Positions 60,899 to 64,000 of a stretch of 64,000 nt of DNA are shown piece after piece. This stretch comes from Sumerlaeia bacterium (GTDB lineage: Bacteria > Sumerlaeota > Sumerlaeia > SLMS01 > JAHLLQ01). The stretch lies in NCBI GenBank assembly GCA_040219255.1, contig JAVJSW010000037.1:188422-252421 (forward strand), given 5' to 3'. The translations under genes and the position numbers were made by a program. Positions within the stretch are counted from its first letter, which is position 1. Every line of letters begins with the position of its first letter. The notes under the pieces were generated by a model that was not told where the DNA came from, did not search any database, and saw only the letters and a list, made by a program, of their open reading frames with translations.

Positions 60899-61061
60899 AG
60901 AGTCTTCCTCAGCGGGGGCGGAGCGCGAGGAGCCATTCCTCGCGCCGGGCTCGCGGGCGTCAAGGCGGCAAGGGGACGGATTTTCTCTTTCCCCATGCGG
61001 GCCTTTTCGCCGCATAACAGCCCCAACCCCCAATGAGAGACCCCATCGGAGCCGCCGCGCC

Positions 61062-61466
61062 ATGTATTTGCACAAACTGGAAAAAGACGAAAAGACCACC
61101 TTCCTGGCCTTTGCCGAGCACCTTGCCGAAATCGACGACCAATCCGTCGATGCCAGGGAACGCTACCTGATCCGCTACATGTGCAGCGAAATGGGCCTGG
61201 ACCCGGACGAAGCGCTGGAAGCCAAACCGGCCTACGACCGCGATCGGCTCCTCAAGGTCTTCCACCGCCCGGAAGCGCGCCGCGTCCTGGTTCTCGAGGG
61301 CGTCGGCATCGCCTTCTCCAACGGCGCCATGGATGAGGAGCAGCGCAAGGAACTGACGTCTCTGGCGGAAGCCTTCCAACTCTGCGAGAAGTTCGTCGCG
61401 AAGGCGGAAGCGGTCGTTCAGAAGCAACTCGAAGTCATGAAGGAATTCGATGAACTGATCGGCTGA
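61062..61466 (+). CDS. TerB-like small helical protein
   Basis: MYLHKLEKDEKTTFL..A.ID....E...I..EMG..LE...AFSNG.MDEEQ pattern. Confidence 0.6.
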   Translation: MYLHKLEKDEKTTFLAFAEHLAEIDDQSVDARERYLIRYMCSEMGLDPDEALEAKPAYDRDRLLKVFHRPEARRVLVLEGVGIAFSNGAMDEEQRKELTSLAEAFQLCEKFVAKAEAVVQKQLEVMKEFDELIG

Positions 61467-61473
61467 GGCGGGT

Positions 61474-61514
61474 AAAAAAGCGAAGCGGGCACCATCCCAC
61501 CATGGCACCCGCCT
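61474..61514 (-). terminator. Probable terminator for the minus-strand amylase
   Basis: Minus strand GCGGGTGCCAT..ATGGTGCCCGC (G-U pairs), then TTCGCTTTTTT. Confidence 0.55.
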
Positions 61515-61574
61515 CACTCGTCTCGCTCACGGATCCCTTGCCAGAAATCCGTGGCCCTCTCCTGATGGGAGGAC

Positions 61575-64000
61575 TTAGTGCAGGTAAGGCCCGCCATCGG
61601 CGATCTTGCCGGGAGCCGGGTTACCTGGCAGGTCCAGAACAAAGACCCGCATATTTCCCTGACCAGTAAGGTCGGTCGAAAGATTGTTGTTCGTCACATT
61701 AACCGTCTGGCCCGTCACCGCGTCGATGTAGGTCCCATTCGGGATGCCGGAGAACGAAGCGCCGCCGGAAATGCTGACGAGAGCGAAGCTGTCCACGCCA
61801 TCTTTGGTGAAACGGCGCTTGTAGGCGAGCCCGCCGGACACACCGTCGGTGCTGTACTGGCCCTTTTGCAAGGCCGGAATCGCGCGCCGGATCCGGTTGA
61901 GCGATTGAAGATGCTGAGCCAGCGGGTGGGAAAGCGTTTGAGCGACATTTCCCGTAGCGCTTGAAACAATCCCGAAGTCCGACACGTTGACGGTGCCTTC
62001 GATGTGATCGCCGAAGTACGCGCGGCCGGTGGTGGAGAGCGGGCAGTTCGGGCCGCAGTCGGCGCGGGCGCCGGCCTGGAACTGGATTTCCGAACCGTAG
62101 TACAGGCAAGGAATGCCGCGGAAGGTCCACATCAGGCTCATGTTCTCGGCCCAATCGCCCTGGCTGCCGCTATAGCGCGTATCCGAGTCCGGGCCGTAAT
62201 CGTGGCTGTCCACATAGGTCACGTTCCAGGTGGCGTCGTTGTAGAAATGGTCGCCGTGGCGGGTGTTGAAGGCGCTCCAGGCGTTCTGGAAGTTCCAGTG
62301 CATCGGGAAGTCGATCACCGCCATGCCGGAGGAGCGGGAGTAATCCGGTGCGTGGTAATCGTTCCCCCACAGATAGTGGTTGTCGCTCGTCGGTTGGTTG
62401 TTCACGCCGATGTTGTTCTCGTAGTTGTAGCCTTCCAGTGCGGCCACTTCGTCGTCCTGGCTGAAGAGCTGGCGCTCCTGCCACGTGTAGAAGGGGGTCG
62501 AGAGGGGAGCGACGTTCTTGTTCCAGATTTCGTGCACCCGGGTGGCCACTTCGCCGAACATGTAGAAGTCTTCGCCGCCGCGGGCCTTGAAAGCCGGGAC
62601 AAAGTGCCGGTTGAACATGACGCGGCTGATGTGTTTCACGGTGTCGATGCGGAAGCTGTCCACGCCCATGTCGATGAACCGGTTATAGACGTCGATCAGG
62701 TACTGCTGGGTCTGGGCGTTCTCGGTGTTGAAGTCCACGAGGTCCGCGAAACTGCCGACCTGGGCCGTGTAGTCTTCCCAGTTCTTCAGCCAATCGTTGT
62801 GGTAGTATGGTGTGGGGAAGAGTTGGTTCTGCACGCGATCCAGGTAATCGTCGCCAAAGGCTTCCTGAAGCCCGACGGCGCCGAAGTTGCCCGAGTGGTT
62901 CAGCACGATATCCAGGCAGATCTTCATGTCGCGGGCGTGGATTTCGTCGATCAGGCGTTGGAAGGTGTAGCCGTCCGATTCGAGCCGCGGGTCGATCTTA
63001 GTGAAGTCGTAGCCGTGGTAGCCGTGGAAGTCGTAGCAGCTGCGGTTTTCCACTACCGGCGTGATCCAGATGGCTGTAAAGCCGAGAGCCTTGATGTAGT
63101 CGAGTTTCTCGACCAAGCCTTTGAAATCGCCGCGCCAGGCGGGATCGCTGGTCGGATTGCCGGCCTGCTCGTCGCACTCGCTGTAGTAGTTGTTTTCCGT
63201 ATCGCCGTCGAAGAAGCGGGTCGTCATCAGGAAGTAGATGGTTTCCTCGCGGAAGTCGCCGGTCGTAGTGACCACTTCGCCGATGAAGTAGCGGAAGCTC
63301 TGCTCACGCTCGTTGCCCTCGGCGTCCACCGCCAGCGTGCGGATGTTCAGGTCCGTGCCCTGGCCGATGTCGGTGGCCATGATGGTCTGGCCGGTGTATA
63401 GCGGCGAGCTGATCGTCGGCTGGCTGCCGTCCGTGGTGTAGAATACCACCGGGGCCGGGTCTTCATTGTCCGTGACGGACAACCCCACCGCGCGGTCCGT
63501 CGAGTACGTGCCGGGCGCCGGGTCGGCGGTTACTGTCGGCGCGATCAGGTCCGGGCCATCCACCAAATTGGCGATGACTTGCTTGGAAGCGCTGTCGAAG
63601 ACGATGTTGTAGGTGCTCAGGTCCTGCGTCAGGACGTCCTGCTGCGGGTAGTTCTCGGTCCAATCGCCGAAGCGGTCGATCTTGAAGCGCGGCGAGGGGT
63701 CCTCGCCATTGAACGTCACGGTGATTTCCCAGGTGTTGGGCGCTGTTTCCGTCAGAGGCGTCGCGCCCCAGCTATTGGTCGTGCCGCGATAGAACCACTC
63801 GTCGCCCGGTCCGGGAGTCGGCGTGGGAGTAGGAGTCGGTGTGGCCGTCGGGGTTGGCGTCGGCGTCGGAGTGGGAATCGGGGTCGCGCCCCGTTCAACG
63901 GCCACCTGCCAGTCCTGGCCGCCGTTGTTGTCCCAACTCGAGCCGTTCGTGAACACGAAATCCAGGGTCGTGGCGTTGCTTGGCACCGTAACCGTCAGGC
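61575..64000 (-). CDS. Multidomain GH13 alpha-amylase (CBM25-like module, PT linker, further carbohydrate-binding/Fn3-associated modules); 5' end outside the window
   Basis: FVFTNGSSWDNNGGQDW, (PT)n, YRGTTNSWG, FYTTDGSQP, DFREETIYFLMTTRFFDGD, FRIDTVKH, FGEV, VDSHD and YYGSE. Confidence 0.92.
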   Translation of the reverse strand, partial: LTVTVPSNATTLDFVFTNGSSWDNNGGQDWQVAVERGATPIPTPTPTPTPTATPTPTPTPTPGPGDEWFYRGTTNSWGATPLTETAPNTWEITVTFNGEDPSPRFKIDRFGDWTENYPQQDVLTQDLSTYNIVFDSASKQVIANLVDGPDLIAPTVTADPAPGTYSTDRAVGLSVTDNEDPAPVVFYTTDGSQPTISSPLYTGQTIMATDIGQGTDLNIRTLAVDAEGNEREQSFRYFIGEVVTTTGDFREETIYFLMTTRFFDGDTENNYYSECDEQAGNPTSDPAWRGDFKGLVEKLDYIKALGFTAIWITPVVENRSCYDFHGYHGYDFTKIDPRLESDGYTFQRLIDEIHARDMKICLDIVLNHSGNFGAVGLQEAFGDDYLDRVQNQLFPTPYYHNDWLKNWEDYTAQVGSFADLVDFNTENAQTQQYLIDVYNRFIDMGVDSFRIDTVKHISRVMFNRHFVPAFKARGGEDFYMFGEVATRVHEIWNKNVAPLSTPFYTWQERQLFSQDDEVAALEGYNYENNIGVNNQPTSDNHYLWGNDYHAPDYSRSSGMAVIDFPMHWNFQNAWSAFNTRHGDHFYNDATWNVTYVDSHDYGPDSDTRYSGSQGDWAENMSLMWTFRGIPCLYYGSEIQFQAGARADCGPNCPLSTTGRAYFGDHIEGTVNVSDFGIVSSATGNVAQTLSHPLAQHLQSLNRIRRAIPALQKGQYSTDGVSGGLAYKRRFTKDGVDSFALVSISGGASFSGIPNGTYIDAVTGQTVNVTNNNLSTDLTGQGNMRVFVLDLPGNPAPGKIADGGPYLH
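63805..63885 (-). repeat. Pro-Thr linker-coding repeat
   Basis: Encodes TPIPTPTPTPTPTATPTPTPTPTPGPG with synonymous codon variation. Confidence 0.85.

Noticed and set aside
63805-63885. Short tandem DNA repeat as a contingency locus
   Set aside because: Synonymous codon variation shows a protein-level Pro-Thr linker, not a slippage tract.

Overview
High-GC bacterial chromosome segment, mostly housekeeping and central metabolism, with about 55 CDS. I found no rRNA, tRNA, CRISPR array, integrase or transposase. The style of the prepilin (C-terminal YDxTNGxxSxGDI) and of the secreted amylase (C-terminal WxxY) suggests Candidatus Sumerlaeota/BRC1 or a related candidate lineage; this is an inference from recall, not a search. 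Contents in order: LPS heptosyltransferase, an orphan AblB-like acetyltransferase, a double-receiver regulator plus ComF, and glgA-rsmE with a degenerate AhbAB-like gene, sixA and ppdK, divergent from a Ser/Thr kinase, a GmhB-HldC fusion and pyk. Then hpt, rplS, dipeptide epimerase, yajC-HD-secDF, ilvC, alaS, amtB, icd and a secreted split-YceI protein with a Tyr/Gly-rich tail. A complete alternative complex III (actABCDEF plus actG-like) with SCO and a caa3 oxidase operon follows. After it come a FimS/AlgR-like LytS/LytTR pair divergent from a small exported protein and a pilin, two multidomain GH13 amylases, two GT-C membrane glycosyltransferases, an addB-like gene without addA, and a TerB-like gene. 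The most notable non-standard signals are: (i) two dispersed elements with CACAGAG-heptad inverted arms around unrelated lower-GC cores, one possibly a decayed GxxExxY gene, plus a GTAG-type REP doublet; (ii) four 21-bp-spaced pairs of AlgR-like CCGTTC boxes; (iii) the split YceI/Tyr-Gly protein; (iv) a possible phospho-regulated PPDK/PK switch; (v) an apparently non-catalytic AhbAB fusion.
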